This document shows, one piece after another, positions 27,464 to 35,389 of a stretch of 35,389 bases of DNA (the stretch's first letter is position 1; each line of letters begins with the position of its first letter). Below the pieces are notes generated by a model, which made no database searches, was not told the DNA's origin, and worked only from the letters and a program-made list of their open reading frames with translations. A program made the position numbers and the translations under genes. The DNA is taken from assembly GCA_002366885.1 (NCBI GenBank), contig DFCD01000116.1:42711-78099 (forward strand), given 5' to 3'. Origin of the DNA: Verrucomicrobia bacterium UBA3063. GTDB taxonomy: Bacteria; Verrucomicrobiota; Verrucomicrobiia; Methylacidiphilales; Verrucolacustridaceae.

Positions 27464-29011
27464 TCATCCTTGGGCACGCTTCTCCTCCTCCAAAATTGGG
27501 AAAAGAGGCATGATGTCCCCGAGAAGACGCCCGCCCTGCCTGTTGGGCCACGCAGGCCAATCCTTCTCCCTGGCCCCGGTCTTGCCGGCGTAGCCCAGTT
27601 GCTTCAAACCCACTTCCGCCGTCTCCGGAATCACGCACGCCGCCTCCAGCAAGACCAATTCCAACGCTGCCGCCGCATCGGCGAGAGTGGCATCCAGCTC
27701 TCCTGACTTGGCCGGATCCTTCGCCAACTTCCAGGGTGCCCGCGCCTCGATCAGCTGGTTGGCCGCCTGCACCGCCTTCCACAGCTCTCCTAGGGCGAGA
27801 TGAATCTGGTACGATTTCATCAGCTCATCCCATTTCCGCAGGGCATGCAATACGGTGTCACGGAACCCCTCCGAGACCGGATCCGGCGTGGTTACGGCGG
27901 GTATCCGCCCTTCGCGATAACGCCCGATCATGGAACCGGTCCTTTGCAGCAGGTTGCCCAGCTCGTGGGCCAGTTCCCCCTTCCGACGAGCCGCCAGCGC
28001 CCCCTCGTCAAAATCCGCGTCATGGCCAAGGGCCATTTCCCTGAGAACATAATAACGGAAGGCGTCCGCTCCGTACTTGGCGGACAACTCCCCGGGGTCG
28101 ACCACATTCCCGGTGGACTTGCTCAGTTTTTCGTTCCGGCGCGTCCAGAACCCGTGCACAAGCAGCCTGACAAAAATGGGCAACCCCAGCGCCTTCAGCA
28201 TGCAGGGCCAATAAATCCCGTGGGCGGGAACCAGGATGTCCTTGCCGATCACGTGGACCGCCGGCTCCCAATCGCCCAACCGCCCCTCCCCGCTACCCGC
28301 CCCCGTCACGTAGTTCAGCAACGCATCAAACCAGACATAGGTCACCTGATTCTGGTCGAACGGCAGGGGGATCCCCCATGCGAGCCGCGCCTTGGGTCGG
28401 GAGATGCAAAGGTCTGGAAGCGGCTTCTCCAGCGCCCCGAGTAGTTCCTTGGCCCGGAACTCGGGAAAGATCAGGGAGGGTTGCTTCCGGATCAGTTCCC
28501 GAAGCCAATCTTGGTGCTTAGAGAGTTTAAAAAAGTAGTTTTCCTCCGTCAGCTCCACCACCTCTCCATAGATCTCCGGCCACGAACCGTCCGCCTCCCT
28601 TTCCTTCTCTGTGAGAAACTGTTCCGCCCGAACGCTGTAGAAACCCTTGAAGGTCCCCTTGACGATGTCCCCCTGTCGGTGGAGCTTCTCCAGCACTTCT
28701 GCGACCAGCTTTTTATGCCTTCGCTCCGTGGTTCTTACGAAGTCATCCGGTTCCACCCGGAGGATTTTCCAAAGGGATAAAAACTGCCCACAGATCCCGT
28801 CTACAAACTCCTGGGGGGTCTTTCCCGATTTTCCTGCGCTCTGCTGCACTTTCTGTCCATGCTCATCCAGCCCACTGAGGAAGCGCACCGTCTGCCCAGT
28901 CCTCCGGGCAAAACGGGCTAGGGTATCCGTCAAAACCTTCTCATAAGCATGCCCCAGGTGCGGTTTGGCGTTGGCGTAATCGATCGCCGTGGTGAGAAAG
29001 AGCCTGTTCAA
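27464..29011 (-). CDS. metG: Methionyl-tRNA synthetase (short form, no C-terminal OB domain)
   Basis: Motifs TTAIDYAN..PHLGH, GLDEHGQK, YVWFDAL, IGKDI and KLSKS. TTG start. Confidence 0.96.
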   Translation of the reverse strand: MNRLFLTTAIDYANAKPHLGHAYEKVLTDTLARFARRTGQTVRFLSGLDEHGQKVQQSAGKSGKTPQEFVDGICGQFLSLWKILRVEPDDFVRTTERRHKKLVAEVLEKLHRQGDIVKGTFKGFYSVRAEQFLTEKEREADGSWPEIYGEVVELTEENYFFKLSKHQDWLRELIRKQPSLIFPEFRAKELLGALEKPLPDLCISRPKARLAWGIPLPFDQNQVTYVWFDALLNYVTGAGSGEGRLGDWEPAVHVIGKDILVPAHGIYWPCMLKALGLPIFVRLLVHGFWTRRNEKLSKSTGNVVDPGELSAKYGADAFRYYVLREMALGHDADFDEGALAARRKGELAHELGNLLQRTGSMIGRYREGRIPAVTTPDPVSEGFRDTVLHALRKWDELMKSYQIHLALGELWKAVQAANQLIEARAPWKLAKDPAKSGELDATLADAAAALELVLLEAACVIPETAEVGLKQLGYAGKTGAREKDWPAWPNRQGGRLLGDIMPLFPILEEEKRAQG

Positions 29012-29041
29012 GCATCCCTTTTACCACCCCCGCGTCATCCT

Positions 29042-29204
29042 TTCACGATCTACCTTCACGTTCACCGTCACATTCAAGAACAACCTAACAGCCTGCAGTC
29101 CGTAGGTTCATGAAATCGTAAAGGTAATCATAAACGTAAACGAACAACTCCCTATCACTTATCACCTTTGCCATCCCATCACTCATTCCTCGTAATTCAC
29201 TCCT
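29042..29204. repeat. Degenerate hexamer and heptamer tandem repeats forming a long hairpin
   Basis: TTCACG/GTTCAC-type units at 29042-29076 and GTAAAG/ATAAAC/GTAAAC units at 29117-29143. Heptamers CTATCAC TTATCAC and ATCACTC ATTCCTC GTAATTC ACTCCTT at about 29152-29205. Confidence 0.6.
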
Positions 29205-31439
29205 TTAAAGGAGATCCTGGGCGTCCACATCGATTGTGGCCCGCATGCCAGCCGGCCATTTCGGCGCCAATGCCTCCCTCTTCAGGTCCGCCATCAGCTC
29301 CGGAACCTTGTCCACCAGCAGGAAAAGCTGAAACCGGAATTTTCCCTCCACCCGGGCGATCGGGGCCGCGCACGGCTCCGGAACCTCCACCTTGCCCTTC
29401 CACAGCCCGCGCAGACGCTCCGCCACATGTCGGATCGATGCCGAGGTCTGTGCCTCGCTGGTTCCGGAAAAAGAAACCAGGATCGCCCGCCGAAAGGGAG
29501 GGTAGCCATGCGCCCTCCGGTACTCCAGTTCCTGCTCCCGGAAGCCGTCCACATCGTGGTGACGCGCAAACTGGATTGCCGGGTGAAAAGGGGTGTACGT
29601 CTGGACGAACACCTCCCCGGGAATCTCCCCGCGCCCCGCCCGGCCCGCGACCTGCACAAGAAGCTGAAACACCCGCTCGGAGGCGCGGAAATCCGGCAGG
29701 TTCAGCGCCGCATCCACTCCAACCACGCCCACACAAGTCACCCGGGGGAAATGCAGCCCCTTGGCGATCATCTGTGTGCCCAGCAGAATGTCTGTCCGCC
29801 CCTCCCGGAAAGCCGCCAGCGCCTTTCCGTGCGCACCCCTTGCTTTCATGCTATCCGAATCCATCCGGGTCCATCGTATTCCCGGCAAGGCCTCCAAAAC
29901 CGCTTCTTCCAACCTCTCCGTCCCCGCCCCGGTGAACTTGAGCTGGGGCGACTGACACTCCGGGCAGACCGCCGGCGCAGGCCTCTCCGCGTCGCAGAAA
30001 TGACATTTCATGCGTCCGACGCTGCGATGATAGGTCATCGGCACCGCACAGCGTTCGCACTCCTCAACCCTCCCGCAGTGGGGACACTGCACGCTCGGCG
30101 CATAACCTCGCCGGTTCAACAACAGCAGGCTCTGCTCCGCCTTCTTTCGCCTCTCCTCCAACGCCTGCCGCAATACCCCCGACAACATCACTGGTCCGCC
30201 GGCCTTTGGTCTCTCCTCCTTGCGAAGATCAACAATGTGCACCTTGGGCAGTTTTGCCCCGTCGACCCGCTTCCTCAGTCGAACCCGCAGATACCGGTCC
30301 CGGTCCGCATTGTGGGCGCTTTCCAGCGAAGGCGTTGCGCTGCCCAGGATCACCGAGGCTCCCTCGATCCTGCCCCTCACCACCGCCAGGTCCCGGGCAT
30401 GGTACCGGGGCGACTCCCCCTGCTTGTAACCCCCGTCGTGCTCCTCATCCACCACGATGAGTCCCAGGTGTTCCAAGGGGGCAAACAGGGCCGACCGCGC
30501 TCCGATCACCACCCGCGCCCTTCCCTCCCGGATTTCGTGCCATGACTCCCGCCGCTCCGCCACCGTCTGGGCGCTATGCAGCACGCACAACCTCACCCGC
30601 TGCCCGGCAAGTCTGCCCCGGAAACGCGCCACCGTCTGCGGGGTCAGGGAAATTTCCGGCACCAACACCACGGCATTCTTTCCCTCCGCCAACACCGCCT
30701 CCAGGGCCCGCAGATAAATCTCTGTTTTTCCGCTCCCTGTCACCCCCTCCAGAAGAACCGGCCTGCCGCCCCCTTCCTTTTTTCTTTCCTGCTCCCACGC
30801 CTCCATCGCCGCTGCCTGTTCCTCCCCGAGCTCCGGTTTTTTGCCGGCATCGGTCCAACCTTCCTCCGGCCCTTCCTCATCCTTCACCAGCCTCCGCTCC
30901 GACCTCTCCGCCAGCCCCCGGTCCACCAGCGCTTTCCAGACCGCCGTCCCAAACCCGCTTTCCCGCACCAGCACGTTCAGCCAAGCACCCCCCCGGTCCT
31001 GCAAAAACGCCCAGGCCTTGGCCTGAACCCTCGCTGTCTGGAGAACCTTGGCCGCCAGATCCTTTTTTCCGGCGACGGGAGAAATCCACCATGCCACTTT
31101 TCCGCCTCCCTCGTGGGAGCGCACCGGCCCCGGCAAAATGGTCCGCAGCGCGGCCGCCAGGTCACATGCGTAATAGTCGCCCATCCAGCGTGCCAGTTGG
31201 CATAACCCGGGGGGAATCAGCGGCCTCTCCCCGGCCACCGCCGCCACGTCCCGCACGTTTTCCACTTCCGGTTGCCGGGGAAATTCTACTGCGTAGGCCA
31301 GAATTTCGCGCCGCCCCCAGGGAACCCGCAACCGTTGCCCCAGGCGGATGTTTCCCCGCAACCCCTCGGGAATCCGGTAATCGAACAACCGGTCCAACCC
31401 CAGTTCCGGGGCTACCCTGACGAATTCGGAAAATGGCAC
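29205..31439 (-). CDS. priA: Primosomal protein N' (replication restart helicase)
   Basis: Walker A GVTGSGKTEIY, DEEH, LGSATPS, four CxxC pairs, and GTQMIAKGLHFP. Confidence 0.97.
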   Translation of the reverse strand: MPFSEFVRVAPELGLDRLFDYRIPEGLRGNIRLGQRLRVPWGRREILAYAVEFPRQPEVENVRDVAAVAGERPLIPPGLCQLARWMGDYYACDLAAALRTILPGPVRSHEGGGKVAWWISPVAGKKDLAAKVLQTARVQAKAWAFLQDRGGAWLNVLVRESGFGTAVWKALVDRGLAERSERRLVKDEEGPEEGWTDAGKKPELGEEQAAAMEAWEQERKKEGGGRPVLLEGVTGSGKTEIYLRALEAVLAEGKNAVVLVPEISLTPQTVARFRGRLAGQRVRLCVLHSAQTVAERRESWHEIREGRARVVIGARSALFAPLEHLGLIVVDEEHDGGYKQGESPRYHARDLAVVRGRIEGASVILGSATPSLESAHNADRDRYLRVRLRKRVDGAKLPKVHIVDLRKEERPKAGGPVMLSGVLRQALEERRKKAEQSLLLLNRRGYAPSVQCPHCGRVEECERCAVPMTYHRSVGRMKCHFCDAERPAPAVCPECQSPQLKFTGAGTERLEEAVLEALPGIRWTRMDSDSMKARGAHGKALAAFREGRTDILLGTQMIAKGLHFPRVTCVGVVGVDAALNLPDFRASERVFQLLVQVAGRAGRGEIPGEVFVQTYTPFHPAIQFARHHDVDGFREQELEYRRAHGYPPFRRAILVSFSGTSEAQTSASIRHVAERLRGLWKGKVEVPEPCAAPIARVEGKFRFQLFLLVDKVPELMADLKREALAPKWPAGMRATIDVDAQDLL

Positions 31440-31519
31440 CCTCTGCCTCTGCGCCCTTTTTGCCCGTCCGGCAAGTTTCCCCAGCTTCCCCGCCCCGTTT
31501 CCCTGCTTACTCTTTTTGA

Positions 31520-32167
31520 ATGCTTCTCGCCCGACCCCGTATTTTGGCCGCCCTGGCCGTAATTCTCACCCCATTCCTGCTCATCGCCCTCCCTTGGCTG
31601 GGGGAAATCCGCCGTTCCCAGGCCGTCGGGCCCCTTCTGGCGGAAGCCGCAGCAAATCACGGCCTGCCCCTTCCCCTCCTTAAGGCCGTGGTCTGGCGCG
31701 AAAGCGATTTCGAGACCCGGGCCCTCGGCGCCGCCGGGGAACGTGGCCTGATGCAGGTCACCCCGGGAGCCGCCGAGGACTGGGCCAGGGCCCACCGCAT
31801 CCGCTCCTTTCGGGAAACCGACCTGTTTGACCCCCGCACCAATCTGGCCGTTGGCACATGGTATCTCGCCCGGGCCATCCGTCGCTGGCGGGAGGAGGGC
31901 GCCGATCACCCGGAAGTCTTTGGCCTGGCAGAATACAACGCAGGCATCACCCGGGCCCGCCGCTGGGCTTCCCAAACCCCTGGCATGAAAGCCCAAGAGT
32001 TCCTTGCGGCTGTCGATTTTCCCACCACCAAGGGCTACATCCTCTCCATCCTGCGCCGCGCCGAGCTCTACGCCACGGGACGAGACCCCGGCCCCGGCGA
32101 ATGGGTTGGCCGCCGCCTCGCCCTCCAGAAGGAAAATTGGATCCGGAAACAAAAAGAATCCCGCTGA
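31520..32167 (+). CDS. Lytic transglycosylase (SLT domain), membrane-anchored
   Basis: N-terminal TM segment, catalytic AVVWRES, GERGLMQV, N...GTWYL and AEYNAG. Confidence 0.92.
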   Translation: MLLARPRILAALAVILTPFLLIALPWLGEIRRSQAVGPLLAEAAANHGLPLPLLKAVVWRESDFETRALGAAGERGLMQVTPGAAEDWARAHRIRSFRETDLFDPRTNLAVGTWYLARAIRRWREEGADHPEVFGLAEYNAGITRARRWASQTPGMKAQEFLAAVDFPTTKGYILSILRRAELYATGRDPGPGEWVGRRLALQKENWIRKQKESR

Positions 32168-32182
32168 CGTAAACGTAAACGA
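32168..32182. repeat. Short (GTAAAC)n repeat matching the element upstream of metG
   Basis: TAAACGTAAACGA at 32170-32182 is identical to 29131-29143. Confidence 0.5.
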
Positions 32183-32194
32183 CCAGCTGCTAAC

Positions 32195-33136
32195 TCAGGC
32201 CAGAACGACCCCGGCTTGCATCCCCGCTCCCCTCGCAAAATCCGCTGCCGCCATTCTTTTCCTGCCCTCCAGTTGCACCTCCCGGAGCAGGACCCCTCCT
32301 TTTTTCGCCGCTACTAGGATCCCGTGGGAATTCACCTCAACGACCTCGCCGGGACTGCCCTTGGCCCTTCGGGAAAGGATGACCGAAAAAATCTTCAGCA
32401 TTTTCTGATCCGACCCGTCCGGAAGCCAGGTATACGCACCCGGCCATGGTTGCATCGCCCGGATATGCGCCTCGATCTCCTCCGGAACCTTGTCCCATAC
32501 GATCCGACCGTCCTCTTTCGTCATTCGCGGAGCCAGCGATGCCTCCGCGTTGTTTTGCCGGACCCGCTTCACCTTTCCCTTTTCGGCCCGGTCCAATAAT
32601 CCCATCAACAAGGAGGCTGACTTGGCGGCCAGGCGGTCATGAAGGTTCCCCGTTGTTTCGTTGGGACGGATGCGCGTCGCCACCTTTCCGAGAATATCCC
32701 CGGTATCCAGGCCTTCGTTCATCTGCATGATCGTCACGCCGGTCGTTCTCTGACGTTCGCGAATGGCTGCGGCAATCGGCGAAGCCCCGCGATATTTCGG
32801 CAACAAGGACGCATGCACGTTCCAACATCCCCGCTCCGGGAGTTCGAGGAGAGATTTTTTCAGGATCTGGCCGTAGGCGACCACAATCATCAGATCGGCT
32901 TTCTGGTAGCGGATTTGACTCAGGGAGCTGGCCGCATTGATGTCTTCCGGCTGGTAAACCTGAAGATGGTTCCGCAAGGCCGCCTCCTTGATCGGGGAGG
33001 CCAAGGGTTTTTGGGACCGCCCCGCCGGACGGTCCGGTTGGGTGATCACGGAAAGCACAAAGTGCCGGTCGGACGCCACCAGCGCTTCCAGGCAGGGCAC
33101 CCCGAACGCCCCGGTACCGGCAAAAAGGACCCGCAC
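32195..33136 (-). CDS. fmt: Methionyl-tRNA formyltransferase
   Basis: Motifs VITQPDRPAGR, VVAYGQIL, NVHASLLPKYRGASPI, GLDTGD and QLEGRKRM. Confidence 0.97.
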   Translation of the reverse strand: MRVLFAGTGAFGVPCLEALVASDRHFVLSVITQPDRPAGRSQKPLASPIKEAALRNHLQVYQPEDINAASSLSQIRYQKADLMIVVAYGQILKKSLLELPERGCWNVHASLLPKYRGASPIAAAIRERQRTTGVTIMQMNEGLDTGDILGKVATRIRPNETTGNLHDRLAAKSASLLMGLLDRAEKGKVKRVRQNNAEASLAPRMTKEDGRIVWDKVPEEIEAHIRAMQPWPGAYTWLPDGSDQKMLKIFSVILSRRAKGSPGEVVEVNSHGILVAAKKGGVLLREVQLEGRKRMAAADFARGAGMQAGVVLA

Positions 33137-33140
33137 GCGC

Positions 33141-33764
33141 CTAGGCGACGACTTCGGCCAGTTTGCGGTTTTTCCGCTCGGCCTTGGTGGCCTGAACCTG
33201 GCTGAGAATGTCGCGGGTCACCTCATAAGGGAACTGTTCCGCGTCGATCTCCTTCACCAGTTTTTCCCCGTAATAGTCCAACACCGGTTTGGTCTCCTTT
33301 TTGTAGGTCTCCAACCGGTCGTGAATCACCTTGTCGCTGGCGTCGTCCAGCCGGTTGTCCCGCAAAGCCCGCCTCTTCAACCGTTCCTCCAGCTTGGCCC
33401 GGTCATGGCAGACCAGGTGAAAAAGGGCCTCCACCTTGATGTCCGCCTTCAGCAGTTTGGCCTGCTCCACGTTCCGCGGGATTCCGTCCAGCACCAGATG
33501 GTCGATCTCCGGCTTGAATTTCCCCAGAGTCACCATGTTCGCCATGTGCTGCCGCCAAAGGTCCACGGTCACATCATCGGGCACCAGTTTCCCTGCGCTC
33601 GAGTATTGGAGGAACGCCTGCCCCACCTTGGTGCGGAGATCCATTCCCCGGAACACATCCCCGCAGCTGAGATGGCAGAAACCGGGAATCGTCCCAAGAA
33701 TTTTTCCCTGCGTCCCCTTGCCGGAACCGGGGGCCCCGAAGAGAAGAATCGCTCTCCACTGCAT
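33141..33764 (-). CDS. adk: Adenylate kinase / nucleoside monophosphate kinase (short LID)
   Basis: P-loop GAPGSGKGTQG, HLSCGDVFR, GKLVPDD, LDGIPRN and RLDD. Confidence 0.85.
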   Translation of the reverse strand: MQWRAILLFGAPGSGKGTQGKILGTIPGFCHLSCGDVFRGMDLRTKVGQAFLQYSSAGKLVPDDVTVDLWRQHMANMVTLGKFKPEIDHLVLDGIPRNVEQAKLLKADIKVEALFHLVCHDRAKLEERLKRRALRDNRLDDASDKVIHDRLETYKKETKPVLDYYGEKLVKEIDAEQFPYEVTRDILSQVQATKAERKNRKLAEVVA

Positions 33765-33773
33765 CCTATAGTC

Positions 33774-35389
33774 CTACACCTTCTCCCCGCTCGTGCGCAA
33801 CCCGGCAAATCGCCCTTTTCCGGCCAATAAACGCAGGCTGTTGAGGACCACCACCACGGTGCTTCCCTCATGCCCGGCCACCCCCACTGCCAGCTGGATC
33901 TTCACCCCCAATGCCGCCGTCACCAGCACTGTGATCGTGCCGAGCGAGATCACCAGATTCTGCAGGATGATTCGCCGGGTTCGCCGGCTCAGCTCGTACG
34001 CACCTGCAAAACTCTCCAGCCGATCCCGCATTAGGATCACGTCGGATTCCGCCAACGCCGCCCCGCTCCCGCGAGCCCCCATCGCCACCCCGATATCGGC
34101 GGCCGCCAGGCTTGGCGCATCGTTCACGCCGTCCCCCACCATTGCCACCTTTTCGCCCGCCTGCACCCATTCCCGGATCGCCGCCACCTTGTCGCCGGGA
34201 TGCAGTCCGTACCGGAAATCCTTCAACCCCACCGCCTCCGCCACCTGCCGGGCGGCCGCCTCCCTGTCTCCCGTCAACATCGTCACTTTCAACCCCTGCC
34301 GCTCCATCCATTCCAGCAGCGGCCGGCTGCTCTTCCGGATTTCGTCCTCGAGAAGGATGCGCCCTTTCACCCTCCCCGCCTCATAAAAAACCTCCGTCAC
34401 ACCCGGCATCGGCGCCGGTTTCGACTCCGCCCAGCCGGCCCCACCCAAAAAACTCCGCCGCCCCAGCCGGCACGACTCTCCGCCCGCGGTCCTGCCGCTT
34501 ACCCCGCCGCCCGTGGCCGAGGAAAAATCTCCTGCCTCCACGATCACCATCCCCCGCTTTTTTGCCTCACGGACCACCGCCACGGAAACCGGATGCAGCG
34601 ACTGCATCGCCAACCCCGCCGCCCCCTCCAACAGCTCCCGCTCCGTGCATCCCGTCCCCGGCTCCACCGCCCGCACATGCATCTCCCCCGTCGTCAGCGT
34701 CCCCGTCTTGTCCAACGCCACCCGTTTCACCGTTCCTAACCGCTCGATCGGACTGCCACCCCGGAACAAGATGCCCCGCCGGGCTCCCGCCGCGATTCCC
34801 GCCAGGATCGCCGATGGGATTGACAACACCAGCGCGCACGGGGACGCCACCACCAAAAGCGTCATTGTCCTGTAAAAAGCCGTGCTCGCCCCCGCCTTGG
34901 CCCACCCCTCCATGCCCCACCAGACCAGAAACATCACCAGACTCAACGTCAGGATCGCCTGGGTGTACTTGGTCCCGAACTTGTCCGTGAACCGCTGTGC
35001 TGGCGCCTTCTGCTCCTGCGCCTCCCGGATCAGCCGCAAAATCCCCTCGAGCGCGCTTTCCCGGGATCTCCGCAGTACCTTCAGATCCACTTTCCCCCAC
35101 AAATTCAGGGTTCCGGCCAGCGCGGTCGATCCCGGCTCCTTGTCCACCGGGGCCGCCTCGCCCGTCAGACTCGACTCGTCCGCCGCCGTTTTTCCATCGA
35201 TCACCTCCGCGTCCACCGGGAAGGAGTCCCCCGGACGCACCCGCACCAACATTCCCGGCTCCAGCGCCTCCACCGAAACCCGCTCCTCCGTCCCGTCGTC
35301 GCGAATCCGTATGGCTTCCCGTGGAGCCGCCTTGAACAATCCCGCGAGTTCCCGCTCGGTCCGGTACGCCGCCAACTCCTCCAGGGCTC
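33774..35389 (-). CDS. Heavy-metal P1B-type ATPase (P1B-4 signature), 5' end outside the window
   Basis: TGE (ESSLTGEA), TM motif SPC (VASPCAL), DKTGTLT, HP, GDGVNDAP and HEGSTV. The frame stays open to the window edge. Confidence 0.94.
   Translation of the reverse strand, partial: ALEELAAYRTERELAGLFKAAPREAIRIRDDGTEERVSVEALEPGMLVRVRPGDSFPVDAEVIDGKTAADESSLTGEAAPVDKEPGSTALAGTLNLWGKVDLKVLRRSRESALEGILRLIREAQEQKAPAQRFTDKFGTKYTQAILTLSLVMFLVWWGMEGWAKAGASTAFYRTMTLLVVASPCALVLSIPSAILAGIAAGARRGILFRGGSPIERLGTVKRVALDKTGTLTTGEMHVRAVEPGTGCTERELLEGAAGLAMQSLHPVSVAVVREAKKRGMVIVEAGDFSSATGGGVSGRTAGGESCRLGRRSFLGGAGWAESKPAPMPGVTEVFYEAGRVKGRILLEDEIRKSSRPLLEWMERQGLKVTMLTGDREAAARQVAEAVGLKDFRYGLHPGDKVAAIREWVQAGEKVAMVGDGVNDAPSLAAADIGVAMGARGSGAALAESDVILMRDRLESFAGAYELSRRTRRIILQNLVISLGTITVLVTAALGVKIQLAVGVAGHEGSTVVVVLNSLRLLAGKGRFAGLRTSGEKV

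Noticed and set aside
29012-29204. Possible T-box or SAM riboswitch, or CRISPR array, upstream of metG
   Set aside because: No T-box or SAM consensus is visible. The repeats are 6-7 nt degenerate units without spacers, and there are no cas genes.

Overview
A GC-rich bacterial core-genome window, probably Verrucomicrobiota (PVC). That assignment is inferred from the SecE 'WPWDP...KKYRELIDST' insertion, a DUF4032-like small protein and the gene order. Minus strand, from left: rplL (partial), rplJ, rplA, rplK, nusG, secE, tRNA-Trp, tuf, tRNA-Thr; an FHA protein with the pyrR-pyrB-pyrC-carA operon; DUF4032; a parB-mutL-iscS-like-mrp operon; and yggS-mpg-nucleotidyltransferase-like-DUF2141. Plus strand: lysR-fur and tig-clpP-clpX. 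These are followed by a class V aminotransferase, a secreted protein, a GH13 hydrolase, a rhodanese, metG, priA, a lytic transglycosylase, fmt, adk and a partial P1B-4 ATPase. I see no mobile element, prophage, CRISPR or defence island. The most notable signals are: (1) an IscS/NifS homologue that has lost the PLP Schiff-base Lys and the substrate-binding residues but keeps the persulfide Cys, next to an Mrp/ApbC lacking its CxxC motif; (2) a PyrR-binding hairpin that sequesters the pyrR Shine-Dalgarno, pointing to translational control; (3) a structured, possibly switchable rplJ-rplL spacer; (4) a hexamer/heptamer-repeat hairpin element upstream of metG; (5) a CinA/PncC-like plus HxGH-nucleotidyltransferase-like fusion protein.
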